A stretch of 64,000 nt of DNA from Lytechinus pictus (taxonomy: Eukaryota): contig NC_087246.1 of the NCBI RefSeq assembly GCF_037042905.1, positions 4,962,001 to 5,026,000 of the forward strand, read 5' to 3'. The notes below the pieces were generated by a model, which saw only the letters and a program-made list of their open reading frames with translations, searched no databases and was not told where the DNA came from. Below are positions 1-12,200 of the stretch, piece by piece; within the stretch, counting starts at the first letter, position 1, and every line of letters starts with the position of its first letter. The position numbers and the translations under genes were made by a program.

Positions 1-539
1 GCCGAAAATTACATCAAAATCGGATGTAAAATAAGAAAGTTATGTCATTTTAAAGTTTCGCTTAATTTCACAGTAATATGCACATCCTTTTCGGTATGCA
101 AATGAGGAGACTGATTACATCATCCACTCACTATTTCTTTTGTATTTTATTATATGAAATATGAAATATGAAATATTCTAATTTTTTCCTCATTGTCAAG
201 TGAAACAATGATTAATTCCTCCCTGAACATATGGAACTAACATTGTTTAATACTATATGGTCTAGTCAAGTTGATCCTTATTGTCAAATCTGTAAAAATT
301 GAAATATTGTATAATTCAAACAATAAAAACAAAAGAAATAGTGAGTGATGGACATCATCGACCGTCTCATTTGCATGTCACTGAGTTGTACATGTCACTT
401 TTTGTGAAAAAAGAACAAAACTTAAAAATGTCATAACTTTCTTATTTTACCACCGATTTTGATGAAATTTTGAGCGTTATGCTAGTTTGATTTTTCTCTA
501 TTTATTCAAATCAACCGTTTTCTGAGGTGGACTTGACCT
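1..539. mobile_element. Kolobok/T2-type MITE, copy 1 (left end outside window)
   Basis: Ends ...GGTGGACTTGACCT followed by TTAA (540-543). Internal sequence matches the full copies. Confidence 0.85.
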
Positions 540-3068
540 TTAAAGTGTAGGAGAACGGGACGCCCAGACAGACTATTATCATTTTTTATGTTTATATTTA
601 AATGTAGTTAATTATTTTTTGTGTTTGTAAAATGTAGTTAATTTCTGTCTGGTAGATGGTGCCTGTGAATGATGAGTCTACTGGGCTTGCCCCTGATAGT
701 GTAGAAGAACGTAACGCCCAGACAGACTATCAATATATTTTTTTTCAATTTTTAGTAATTGTAAGAATGTATTCAAAATCTTAAAGTGTAGGAGTACGGA
801 ACGCCCAGACAGATTATTATCATTTTTTATGTTTATATTTAAATGTAGTTAATTATTTTTTGTGTTTGTAAAATGTAGTTAATTTCTGTCTGGTAGATGG
901 TGCCTGTGAATGATGAGTCTACTGGGCTTGCCCCTGATAGTGTAGAAGAACGTAACGCCCAAACAGACTATCAATATATTTTTTTTTCAATTTTTAGTAA
1001 TTGTAAGAATGTAGTTAATTTCTGTCTGGGAGACGGTGTCCTGTGAATGATGAGCCTTCTGGGCTTGGCCCTTAAAGCGTAGAAGAACGGAACGCCCAGA
1101 CAGACTTTCAATTTTTATTTTTTTGTATTTGTAACTTTTGTAAGAATGTAGTTAATTTCTGTATGGGAGACGGTGTCCTGTGAATGATGAGCCTACTAGG
1201 CTTGGCCCTTAAAGTGTAAAAGAACGGAACGCCCAGACAGACTATCAATTTTTATTTTTTATTTTTTAGTATTTGTAAGAATGTAGTTAATTTCTGTTTG
1301 GGAGACGGTGTCCTGTGAATGATGAGCCTACTGGGATTGGCCCTTAAAGTGTAGAAGAACGGAACGCCCAGACAGACTATCAATTTTAATTTTTTATTTT
1401 TTAGTATTTGTAAGAATGTAGTTAATTTCTGTTTGGGAGACGGTGTCCTGTGAATGATGAGCCTACTGGGCTTGCCCCTTAAAGTGTAGGAGAACGGAAC
1501 GCCCAGACAGATTATCAATATATATATATTTTTTTTAGTATTTGTAAAAATGTAGTTAATTTTCGTCTGGGAGATGGTGTTCTGTGAATGTTGAGCCTAC
1601 TGGGCTTGGCCCTTAAAGTGTAGAAGAACGGAACGCCCAGACAGACTATCAATTTTTATTTTTTAGTTTTTGTTAAAATGTAGTTAATTTCTGTCTGTGA
1701 GATGGTATCCTGTGAATGACAGGCCTACTTGGATTGCCTCTTAAAGTGTAGGAGGACAAAACGCTGAGACAGATTATTATGTTTTTTTTGTATTTGTAAA
1801 ATGTAGTTAATTTCTGTCTGGGAGAAGGTATCCTGTGTATATAATGAGCCTACTGGGCTTGCCCCTTAAAGTGTAGGAGAACGGAACGCCCAGACAGATT
1901 ATCAATATTTTTTTATGTTTTTGTATTTTGTAAGAATGTAGTTAATTTCTGTCTGGGAGACGGTGTCCTGTGAATGATGAGCCTACTGGGCTTGCCCCTT
2001 AAAGTGTAGGAGAACGGAACGCCCAGACAGATTATCAATATATATATATTTTTTTTAGTATTTGTAAAAATGTAGTTAATTTTCGTCTGGGAGATGGTGT
2101 TCTGTGAATGTTGAGCCTACTGGGCTTGGCCCTTAAAGTGTAGAAGAACGGAACGCCGAGACAGACTATCAATTTTTATTTTTTAGTTTTTGTTAAAATG
2201 TAGTTAATTTCTGTCTGTGAGATGGTATCCTGTGAATGACAGGCCTACTTGGATTGCCTCTTAAAGTGTAGGAGGACAAAACGCTGAGACAGATTATTAT
2301 GTTTTTTTTTGTATTTGTAAAATGTAGTTAATTTCTGTCTGGGAGAAGGTATCCTGTGTATATAATGACCCTACCGGGCTTGCCCCTCAAGTGTAGGAGA
2401 ACGGAACACCAAAACATACTATCAATATATATTTTTTTTTTAGTATTTGTAAGAATGTAGTTAATTTCTGTTTGGGAGACGGTGTCCTGTGAATGATGAG
2501 CCTACTGGGCTTTCCCCTTAAAGTGTGGGAGAACGGAACGCCCAGACAGATTATCAATATTTTTTTATGTTTTTGTATTTTGTAAGAATGTAGTTAATTT
2601 CTGTCTGGGAGAAGATATCCTGTGTATATAATGAGCCTACCGTGCTTGTCCCTCAAGTGTAGGAGAACAGAACATCAAGACATACTATCAATATATATAT
2701 ATATTTTAGTATTTCTAAGAATGTAGTTAATTTCTGTTTGGGAGACGGTGTCTTGTGAATGATGAGCCTACTGGTCTTGCCACTTAAAGTGTAGGAGAAC
2801 GGAACGCCCAGACAGATTATCAATATTTTTTTTTTAGTATTTGTAAGAATGTAGTTAATTTCCGTCTGGGAGACGGTGTCCTGATAATGAGCCTACTGGG
2901 CTTGCCCCTTAAAGTGTAGGAGGACGGAACGCCCAGACAGATTATTATCATTTTTTTAATGTTTTTTTTTAATGTAGGTAATCATTTGTTGCATTTTTAA
3001 AATGTAGTTTATTTCTGTCTGGGAGATGGTGTCCTGTGAATAATGAGCCTACTGGGCTTGACCCTTTA

Positions 3069-3664
3069 AGGACAAGTCCACCCCAACAAAAAGTTGATTT
3101 GAACAAAAATAGAAAAATCCAACTAGCATAACGCCAAAAATTTCATCAAAATCGGATGTAAAATAAGAAAGTTATGTCATTTTAAAGTTTCGCTTAATTT
3201 CACAGTAATATGCACATCCTTTTCGGTATGCAAATGAGGAGACTGATTACATCATCCACTCACCATTTCTTTTGTATTTTATTATATGAAATATGAAATA
3301 TTCTAATTTTTTCCTCATTGTCAAGTGAAACAATGATTAATTCCTCCCTGAACATGTGGAACTAACATTGTTTAATACTATATGGTCTAGTCAAGTTGGT
3401 CCTTATTGTCAAATCTGTAAAAATTGAAATATTGTATAATTCAAACAATAAAAACAAAAGAAATAGTGAGTGATGGACATCATCGACCGTCTCATTTGCA
3501 TGTCACTGAGTTGTACATGTCACTTTTTGTGAAAAAAGAGCAAAACTTAAAAATGTCATAACTTTCTTTTTTTACCACCGATTTTGATGAAATTTTGAGC
3601 GTTATGCTAGTTTGATTTTTCTCTATTTATTCAAATCAACCGTTTTCTGGGGTGGACTTGACCT
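3069..3664. mobile_element. Kolobok/T2-type MITE, copy 2
   Basis: TIRs AGGACAAGTCCACCCC...GGGGTGGACTTGACCT with long imperfect inverted arms. Flanks TTTA / TTAA at the monomer's CCCTTAAAG site. Confidence 0.88.
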
Positions 3665-6426
3665 TTAAAGTGTGGGAGAACGGAACGCCCAGACAGACTA
3701 TTATCATTTTTTTTTACATTTTTTGTATTTGTAAGAATGTATTTAAAATCTTAAAGTGTAGGAGAATGGAACGCCCAGACAGATTATTATCATTTTTTAT
3801 GTTTATATTTAAATGTAGTTAATTATTTTTTGTGTTTGTAAAATGTAGTTAATTTCTGTCTGGTAGATGGTGCCTGTGAATGATGAGTCTACTGGGCTTG
3901 CCCCTGATAGTGTAGAAGAACGTAACGCCCAGACAGACTATCAATATATTTTTTTTCAATTTTTAGTAATTGTAAGAATGTAGTTAATTTCTGTCTGGGA
4001 GACGGTGTCCTGTGAATGATGAGCCTACTGGGCTTGGCCCTTAAAGTGTAGAAGAACGGAACGCCCAGACAGACTTTCAATTTTTATTTTTTATTTTTTA
4101 ATATTTGTAAGAATGTAGTTAATTTCTGTTTGGGAGACGGTGTCCTGTGAATGATGAGCCTACTGGGCTTGCCCCTTAAAGTGTAGGAGAACGGAACGCC
4201 CAGACAGATTATCAATATATATATATATTTTTTTAGTATTTGTAAAAATGTAGTTAATTTTCGTCTGGGAGACGGTGTTCTGTGAATGTTGAGCCTACTT
4301 GGCTTGGCCCTTAAAGTGTAGAAGAACGGAACGCCGAGACAGACTATCAATTTTTATTTTTTAGTTTTTGTAAAAATGTAGTTAATTTTCGTCTGGGAGA
4401 CGGTGTCCTGTGAATGTTGAGCCTATTGGGCTTGGCCCTTAAAGTGTAGAAGAACGGAACGCCGAGACAGACTATCAATTTTTATTTTTTAGTATTTGTT
4501 AAAATGTAGTTAATTTCTGTCTGTGAGATGGTATCCTGTGAATGACAGGCCTACTTGGATTGCCTCTTAAAGTGTAGGAGGACAAAACGCTGAGACAGAT
4601 TATTATGTTGTTTTTTTTGTATTTGTAAAATGTAGTTAATTTCTGTTTGGGAGACGGTGTCCTGTGAATGATGAGCCTACTGGGCTTGCCCCTTAAAGTG
4701 TAGGAGAACGGAACGCCCAGACAGATTATCAATATTTTTTTATGTTTTTGTATTTTGTAAGAATGTAGTTAATTACTGTCTGGGAGAAGATATCCTGTGT
4801 ATATAATGAGCATACCGAGCTTGTCCCTCAAGTGTAGGAGAACGGAACACCAAGACATACTATCAATATATATATATTTTTTTAGTATTTCTAAGAATGT
4901 AGTTAATTTATGTTTGGGAGACGGTGTCTTGTGAATGATGAGCCTACTGGGCTTGCCACTTAAAGTGTAGGAGAAAGGAACGCCCGGACAGATTATCAAT
5001 ATTTTTTTATAGTATTTGTAAGAATGTAGTTAATTTCCGTCTGGGAGACGGTGTTCTGTTAATGAGCCTACTGGGCTTGCCCCTTAAAGTGTAGAAGAAC
5101 GGAACGCCGAGACAGACTATCAATTTTTATTTTTTAGTATTTGTAAGAATGTAGTTAATTTCTGTTTGGGAGACGGTGTCCTGTGAATGATGAGCCTACT
5201 GGGCTTGGCCCTTAAAGTGTAGAAGAACGGAACGCCCAGACAGACTTTCAATTTTTATTTTTTTGTATTTGTAACTTTTGTAAGAATGTAGTTAATTTCT
5301 GTATGGGAGACGGTGTCCTGTGAATGATGAGCCTACTAGGCTTGGCCCTTAAAGTGTAAAAGAACGGAACGCCCAGACAGACTATCAATTTTTATTTTTT
5401 ATTTTTTAGTATTTGTAAGAATGTAGTTAATTTTCGTCTGGGGGACGGTGTTCTGTGAATGATGAGCCTACTGGGCTTGGCTTTTAAAGTGTAGAAGAAC
5501 GGAACGCCCAGACAGACTATTATCATTTCTTTTTTTTGTAATTGTAATAATGTAGGTAATTTCTGTCTGTGAGACAGTGTCCTGTGAATGATGAGCCTAC
5601 TTGGCTTGGCCCTTAAAGTGTAGAAGAACGGAACGCCCAGACAGACTATCAATTTTTATTTTTTAGTATTTGTTAAAATGTAGTTAATTTCTGTCTGTGA
5701 GATGGTATCCTGTGAATGACAGGCCTACTTGGATTGCCTCTTAAAGTGTAGGAGGACAAAACGCTGAGACAGATTATTATGTTTGTTTTTTTGTATTTGT
5801 AAAATGTAGTTAATTTCTGTTTAGGAGACGGTGTCCTGTGAATGATGAGCCTACTGGGCTTGCCCCTTAAAGTGTAGGAGAACGGAACGCCCAGACAGAT
5901 TATCAATATTTTTTTAATGTTTTTTGTATTTTGTATTTTGTAAGAATGTAGTTAATTTCTGTCTGGGAGAAGATATCCTGTGTATATAATGAGCCTACCG
6001 GGCTTGTCCCTCAAGTGTAGGAGAACGGAACACCAAGACATACTATCAATATATATATATATTTTAGTATTTCTAAGAATGTAGTTAATTTCTGTTTGGG
6101 AGACGGTGTCTTGTGAATGATGAGCCTACTGGGCTTGCCACTTAAAGTGTAGGAGAACGGAACGCCCAGACAGATTATCAATATTTTTATTTTAGTATTT
6201 GTTAGAATGTAGTTAATTTCCGTCTGGGAGACGGTGTCCTGATAATGAGCCTACTGGGCTTGCCCCTTAAAGTGTAGGAGGACGGAACGCCCAGACAGAT
6301 TATTATCATTTTTTAAATGTTTTTTTTAAATGTAGGTAATCATTTGTTGCATTTTTAAAATGTAGTTTATTTCTGTCTGGGAGATGGTGTCCTGTGAATA
6401 ATGAGCCTACTGGGCTTGACCCTTTA

Positions 6427-7024
6427 AGGACAAGTTCACCCCCAACAAAAAGTTGATTTGAATAAAAATAGAAAAATCCAACTAGCATAACGCCAAAAAT
6501 TTCATCAAAATCGGATGTAAAATAAGAAAGTTATGTCATTTTAAAGTTTCGCTTAATTTCACAGTAATATGCACATCCTTTTCGGTATGCAAATGAGGAG
6601 ACTGATTACATCATCCACTCACTATTTCTTTTGTATTTTATTATATGAAATATGAAATATTCTAATTTTTTCCTCATTGTCAAGTGAAACAATGATTAAT
6701 TCCTCCCTGAACATGTGGAACTAACATTGTTTAATACTATATGGTCTAGTCAAGTTGGTCCTTATTGTCAAATCTGTAAAAATTGAAATATTGTATAATT
6801 CAAACATTAAAAAACAACAGAAATAGTGAGTGATTGACATCATCGACCGTCTCATTTGCATGTCACTGAGTTGTACATGTCACTTTTTGTGAAAAAAGAG
6901 CAAAACTTAAAAATATCATAACTTTCTTATTTTACCACCGATTTTGATGAAATTTTGAGCGTTATGCTAGTTTGATTTTTCTCTATTTATTCAAATCAAC
7001 AGTTTTCTGGGGTGGACTTGACCT
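6427..7024. mobile_element. Kolobok/T2-type MITE, copy 3
   Basis: Same TIRs and flanks as copy 2 (left TIR variant AGGACAAGTTCACCCCC). Confidence 0.88.
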
Positions 7025-8612
7025 TTAAAGTGTGGGAGAACGGAACGCCCAGACAGACTATTATCATTTTTTTTTAATTTTTTGTATTTGTAAGAATGTA
7101 TTTAAAATCTTAAAGTGTAGGAGAATGGAACGCCCAGACAGATTATTATCATTTTTTATGTTTATATTTAAATGTAGTTAATTATTTTTTGTGTTTGTAA
7201 AATGTAGTTAATTTCTGTCTGGTAGATGGTGCCTGTGAATGATGAGTCTACTGGGCTTGCCCCTGATAGTGTAGAAGAACGTAACGCCCAGACAGACTAT
7301 CAATATATATTTTTTCAATTTTTAGTAATTGTAAGAATGTAGTTAATTTCTGTCTGGGAGACGGTGTCCTGTGAATGATGAGCCTACTGGGCTTGGCCCT
7401 TAAAGTGTAGAAGAACGGAACGCCCAGACAGACTTTCAATTTTTATTTTTTTGTATTTGTAACTTTTGTAAGAATGTAGTTAATTTCTGTATGGGAGACG
7501 GTGTCCTGTGAATGATGAGCCTACTAGGCTTGGCCCTTAAAGTGTAAAAGAACGGAACGCCCAGACAGACTATCAATTTTTATTTTTTATTTTTTAGTAT
7601 TTGTAAGAATGTAGTTAATTTTCGTCTGGGAGACGGTGTTCTGTGAATGATGAGCCTACTGGGCTTGGCTTTTAAAGTGTAGAAGAACGGAACGCCCAGA
7701 CAGACTATTATCATTTCTTTTTTTTGTAATTGTAATAATGTAGGTAATTTCTGTCTGTGAGACAGTGTCCTGTGAATGTTGAGCCAACTTGGCTTGGCCC
7801 TTAAAGTGTAAAAGAACGGAACGCCCAGACAGACTATCAATTTTTATTTTTTAGTTTTTGTTAAAATGTAGTTAATTTCTGTCTGTGAGATGGTATCCTG
7901 TGAATGACAGGCCTACTTGGATTGCCTCTTAAAGTGTAGGAGGACAAAACGCTGAGACAGATTATTATGTTTTTTTTTTGTATTTGTAAAATGTAGTTAA
8001 TTTCTGTTTGGGAGACGGTGTCCTGTGAATGATGAGCCTACTGGGCTTGCCCCTTAAAGTGTAGGAGAACGGAACGCCCAGACAGATTATCAATGTTTTT
8101 TTTATGTTTTTTGTATTTTGTATTTTGTAAGAATGTAGTTAATTTCTGTCTGGGAGAAGATATCCTGTGTATATAATGAGCCTACCGGGCTTGTCCCTCA
8201 AGTGTAGGAGAACGGAACACCAAGACATACTATCAATATATATATATATTTTAGTATTTCTAAGAATGTAGTTAATTTCTGTTTGGGAGACGGTGTCTTG
8301 TGAATGATGAGCCTACTGGGCTTGCCACTTAAAGTGTAGGAGAACGGAACGCCCAGACAGATTATCAATATTTTTTTTTTAGTATTTGTTAGAATGTAGT
8401 TAATTTCCGTCTGGGAGACGGTGTCCTGATAATGAGCCTACTGGGCTTGCCCCTTAAAGTGTAGGAGGACGGAACGCCCAGACAGATTATTATTATTTTT
8501 AAATGTTTTTTTTAAATGTAGGTAATCATTTGTTGCATTTTTAAAATGTAGTTTATTTCTGTCTGGGAGATGGTGTCCTGTGAATAATGAGCCTACTGGG
8601 CTTGACCCTTTA

Positions 8613-9209
8613 AGGACAAGTCCACCCCAACAAAAAGTTGATTTGAATAAAAATAGAAAAATCCAACTAGCATAACGCCAAAAATTTCATCAAAATCGGA
8701 TGTAAAATAAGAAAGTTATGTCATTTTAAAGTTTCGCTTAATTTCACAGTAATATGCACATCCTTTTCGGTATGCAAATGAGGAGACTGATTACATCATC
8801 CACTCACTATTTCTTTTGTATTTTATTATATGAAATATGAAATATTCTAATTTTTTCCTCATTGTCAAGTGAAACAATGATTAATTCCTCCCTGAACATG
8901 TGGAACTAACATTGTTTAATAGTATATGGTCTAGTCAAGTTGGTCCTTATTGTCAAATCTGTAAAAATTGAAATATTGTATAATTCAAACATTAAAAAAC
9001 AACAGAAATAGTGAGTGATGGACATCATCGACCGTCTCATTTGCATGTCACTGAGTTGTACATGTCACTTTTTGTGAAAAAAGAGCAAAACTTAAAAATG
9101 TCATAACTTTCTTATTTTACCACCGATTTTGATGAAATTTTGAGCGTTATGCTAGTTTGATTTTTCTCTATTTATTCAAATCAACCGTTTTCTGGGGTGG
9201 ACTTGACCT
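8613..9209. mobile_element. Kolobok/T2-type MITE, copy 4
   Basis: Same TIRs and flanks as copy 2. Confidence 0.88.
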
Positions 9210-12200
9210 TTAAAGTGTGGGAGAACGGAACGCCCAGACAGACTATTATCATTTTTTTTTAATTTTTTGTATTTGTAAGAATGTATTTAAAATCTTAAAG
9301 TGTAGGAGAATGGAACGCCCAGACAGATTATTATCATTTTTTATGTTTATATTTAAATGTAGTTAATTATTTTTTGTGTTTGTAAAATTTAGTTAATTTC
9401 TGTCTGGTAGATGGTGCCTGTGAATGATGAGTCTACTGGGCTTGCCCCTGATAGTGTAGAAGAACGTAACGCCCAGACAGACTATCAATATATTTTTTTT
9501 CAATTTTTAGTAATTGTAAGAATGTAGTTAATTTCTGTCTGGGAGACGGTGTCCTGTGAATGATGAGCCTACTGGGCTTGGCCCTTAAAGTGTAGAAGAA
9601 CGGAACGCCCAGACAGACTTTCAATTTTTATTTTTTTGTATTTGTAACTTTTGTAAGAATGTAGTTAATTTCTGTATGGGAGACGGTGTCCTGTGAATGA
9701 AGAGCCTACTAGGCTTGGCCCTTAAAGTGTAAAAGAACGGAACGCCCAGACAGACTATCAATTTTTATTTTTTATTTTTTAGTATTTGTAAGAATGTAGT
9801 TAATTTTCGTCTGGGAGACGGTGTTCTGTGAATGATGAGCCTACTGGGCTTGGCTTTAAAAGTGTAGAAGAACGGAACGCCCAGACAGACTATTATCATT
9901 TCTTTTTTTTGTAATTGTAATAATGTAGGTAATTTCTGTCTGTGAGACAGTGTCCTGTGAATGTTGAGCCAACTTGGCTTGGCCCTTAAAGTGTAGAAGA
10001 ACGGAACGCCCAGACAGACTATCAATTTTTATTTTTTAGTTTTTGTTAAAATGTAGTTAATTTCTGTCTGTGAGATGGTATCCTGTGAATGACAGGCCTA
10101 CTTGGATTGTCTCTTAAAGTGTAGGAGGACAAAACGCTGAGACAGATTATTATGTTTTTTTTTTGTATTTGTAAAATGTAGTTAATTTCTGTTTGGGAGA
10201 CGGTATCCTGTGTATATAATGAGCCTACCGGGCTTGTCCCTCAAGTGTAGGAGAACGGAACACCAAGACAGATTATCAATATATATTTTTTTTTTAGTAT
10301 TTGTAAGAATGTAGTTAATTTCTGTTTGGGAGACGGTGTCCTGTGAATGATGAGCCTACTGGGCTTGCCCCTTAAAGTGTAGGAGAACGAAACGCCCAGA
10401 CAGACTATCAATTTTTATTTTTTAGTATTTGTTAAAATGTAGTTAATTTCTGTCTGTGAGATGGTATCCTGTGAATGACAGGCCTACTTGGATTGCCTCT
10501 TAAAGTGTAGGAGGACAAAACGCTGAGACAGATTATTATGTTTTTTTTTTGTATTTGTAAAATGTAGTTAATTTCTGTTTGGGAGACGGTATCCTGTGTA
10601 TATAATGAGCCTACCGGGCTTGTCCCTCAAGTGTAGGAGAACGGAACACCAAGACAGATTATCAATATATATATTTTTTTTAGTATTTGTAAGAATGTAG
10701 TTAATTTCTGTTTGGGAGACGGTGTCCTGTGAATGATGAGCCTACTGGGCTTGCCCCTTAAAGTGTAGGAGAACGAAACGCCCAGACAGACTATCAATTT
10801 TTATTTTTTAGTTTTTGTTAAAATGTAGTTAATTTCTGTCTGTGAGATGGTATCCTGTGAATGACAGGCCTACTTGGATTGCCTCTTAAAGTGTAGGAGG
10901 ACAAAACGCTGAGACAGATTATTATGTTGTTTTTTTTGTATTTGTAAAATGTAGTTAATTTCTGTTTGGGAGACGGTATCCTGTGTATATAATGAGCCTA
11001 CCGGGCTTGTCCCTCAAGTGTAGGAGAACGGAACACCAAGACAGATTATCAATATATATATTTTTTTTAGTATTTGTAAGAATGTAGTTAATTTCTGTTT
11101 GGGAGACGGTGTCCTGTGAATGATGAGCCTACTGGGCTTGCCCCTTAAAGTGTAGGAGAACGAAACGCCCAGACAGACTATCAATTTTTATTTTTTTAGT
11201 ATTTGTTAAAATGTAGTTAATTTCTGTCTGTGAGATGGTATCCTGTGAATGACAGGCCTACTTGGATTGCCTCTTAAAGTGTAGGAGGACAAAACGCTGA
11301 GACAGATTATTATGTTTTTTTTTTTGTATTTGTAAAATGTAGTTAATTTCTGTCTGGGAGAAGGTATCCTGTGTATATAATGAGCCTACCGGGCTTGCCC
11401 CTCAAGTGTAGGAGAACGGAACACCAAAACATACTATCAATATATATATTTTTTTTAGTATTTGTAAGAATGTAGTTAATTTCTGTTTGGGAGACGGTGT
11501 CCTGTGAATGATGAGCCTACTGGGCTTGCCCCTTAAAGTGTAGGAGAACGAAACGCCCAGACAGATTATCAATATTTTTTTATTTTTTTTTGTATTTTGT
11601 AAGAATGTAGTTAATTTCTGTTTGGGAGACGGTGTCCTGTGAATAATGAGCCTACTGGGCTTGCCCCTTAAAGTGTAGGAGAACGGAACGCCCAGACAGA
11701 CTATCAATTTTTATTTTTTAGTATTTGTTAAAATGTAGTTAATTTCTGTCTGTGAGATGGTATCCTGTGAATGACAGGCCTACTTGGATTGCCTCTTAAA
11801 GTGTAGGAGGACAAAACGCTGAGACAGATTATTATGTTTTTTTTGTATTTGTAAAATGTAGTTAATTTCTGACTGGGAGAAGGTATCCTGTGTATATAAT
11901 GAGCCTACCGGGCTTGTCCCTCAAGTGTAGGAGAACGGAACACCAAGACATACTATCAATATATATATATTTTTTAGTAATTCTAAGAATGTAGTTAATT
12001 TCTGTTTGGGAGACGGTGTCCTGTGAATGATGAGCCTACTGGGCTTGGCCCTTAAAGTGTAGAAGAACGGAACGCCCAGACAGACTATCAATTTTTATTT
12101 TTTAGTTTTTGTTAAAATGTAGTTAATTTCTGTCTGTGAGATGGTATCCTGTGAATGACAGGCCTACTTGGATTGCCCTTTAAAGTGTAGGAGGACAAAA

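Noticed and set aside
1690..1773. C/D-box snoRNA reading of the monomer (ATGATGA box, CTGA before the terminal stem in one variant)
   Set aside because: The C-like and D-like boxes are not intact in the same monomer type, I recognise no rRNA/snRNA guide, and 130-bp spacing does not fit intronic snoRNA processing.
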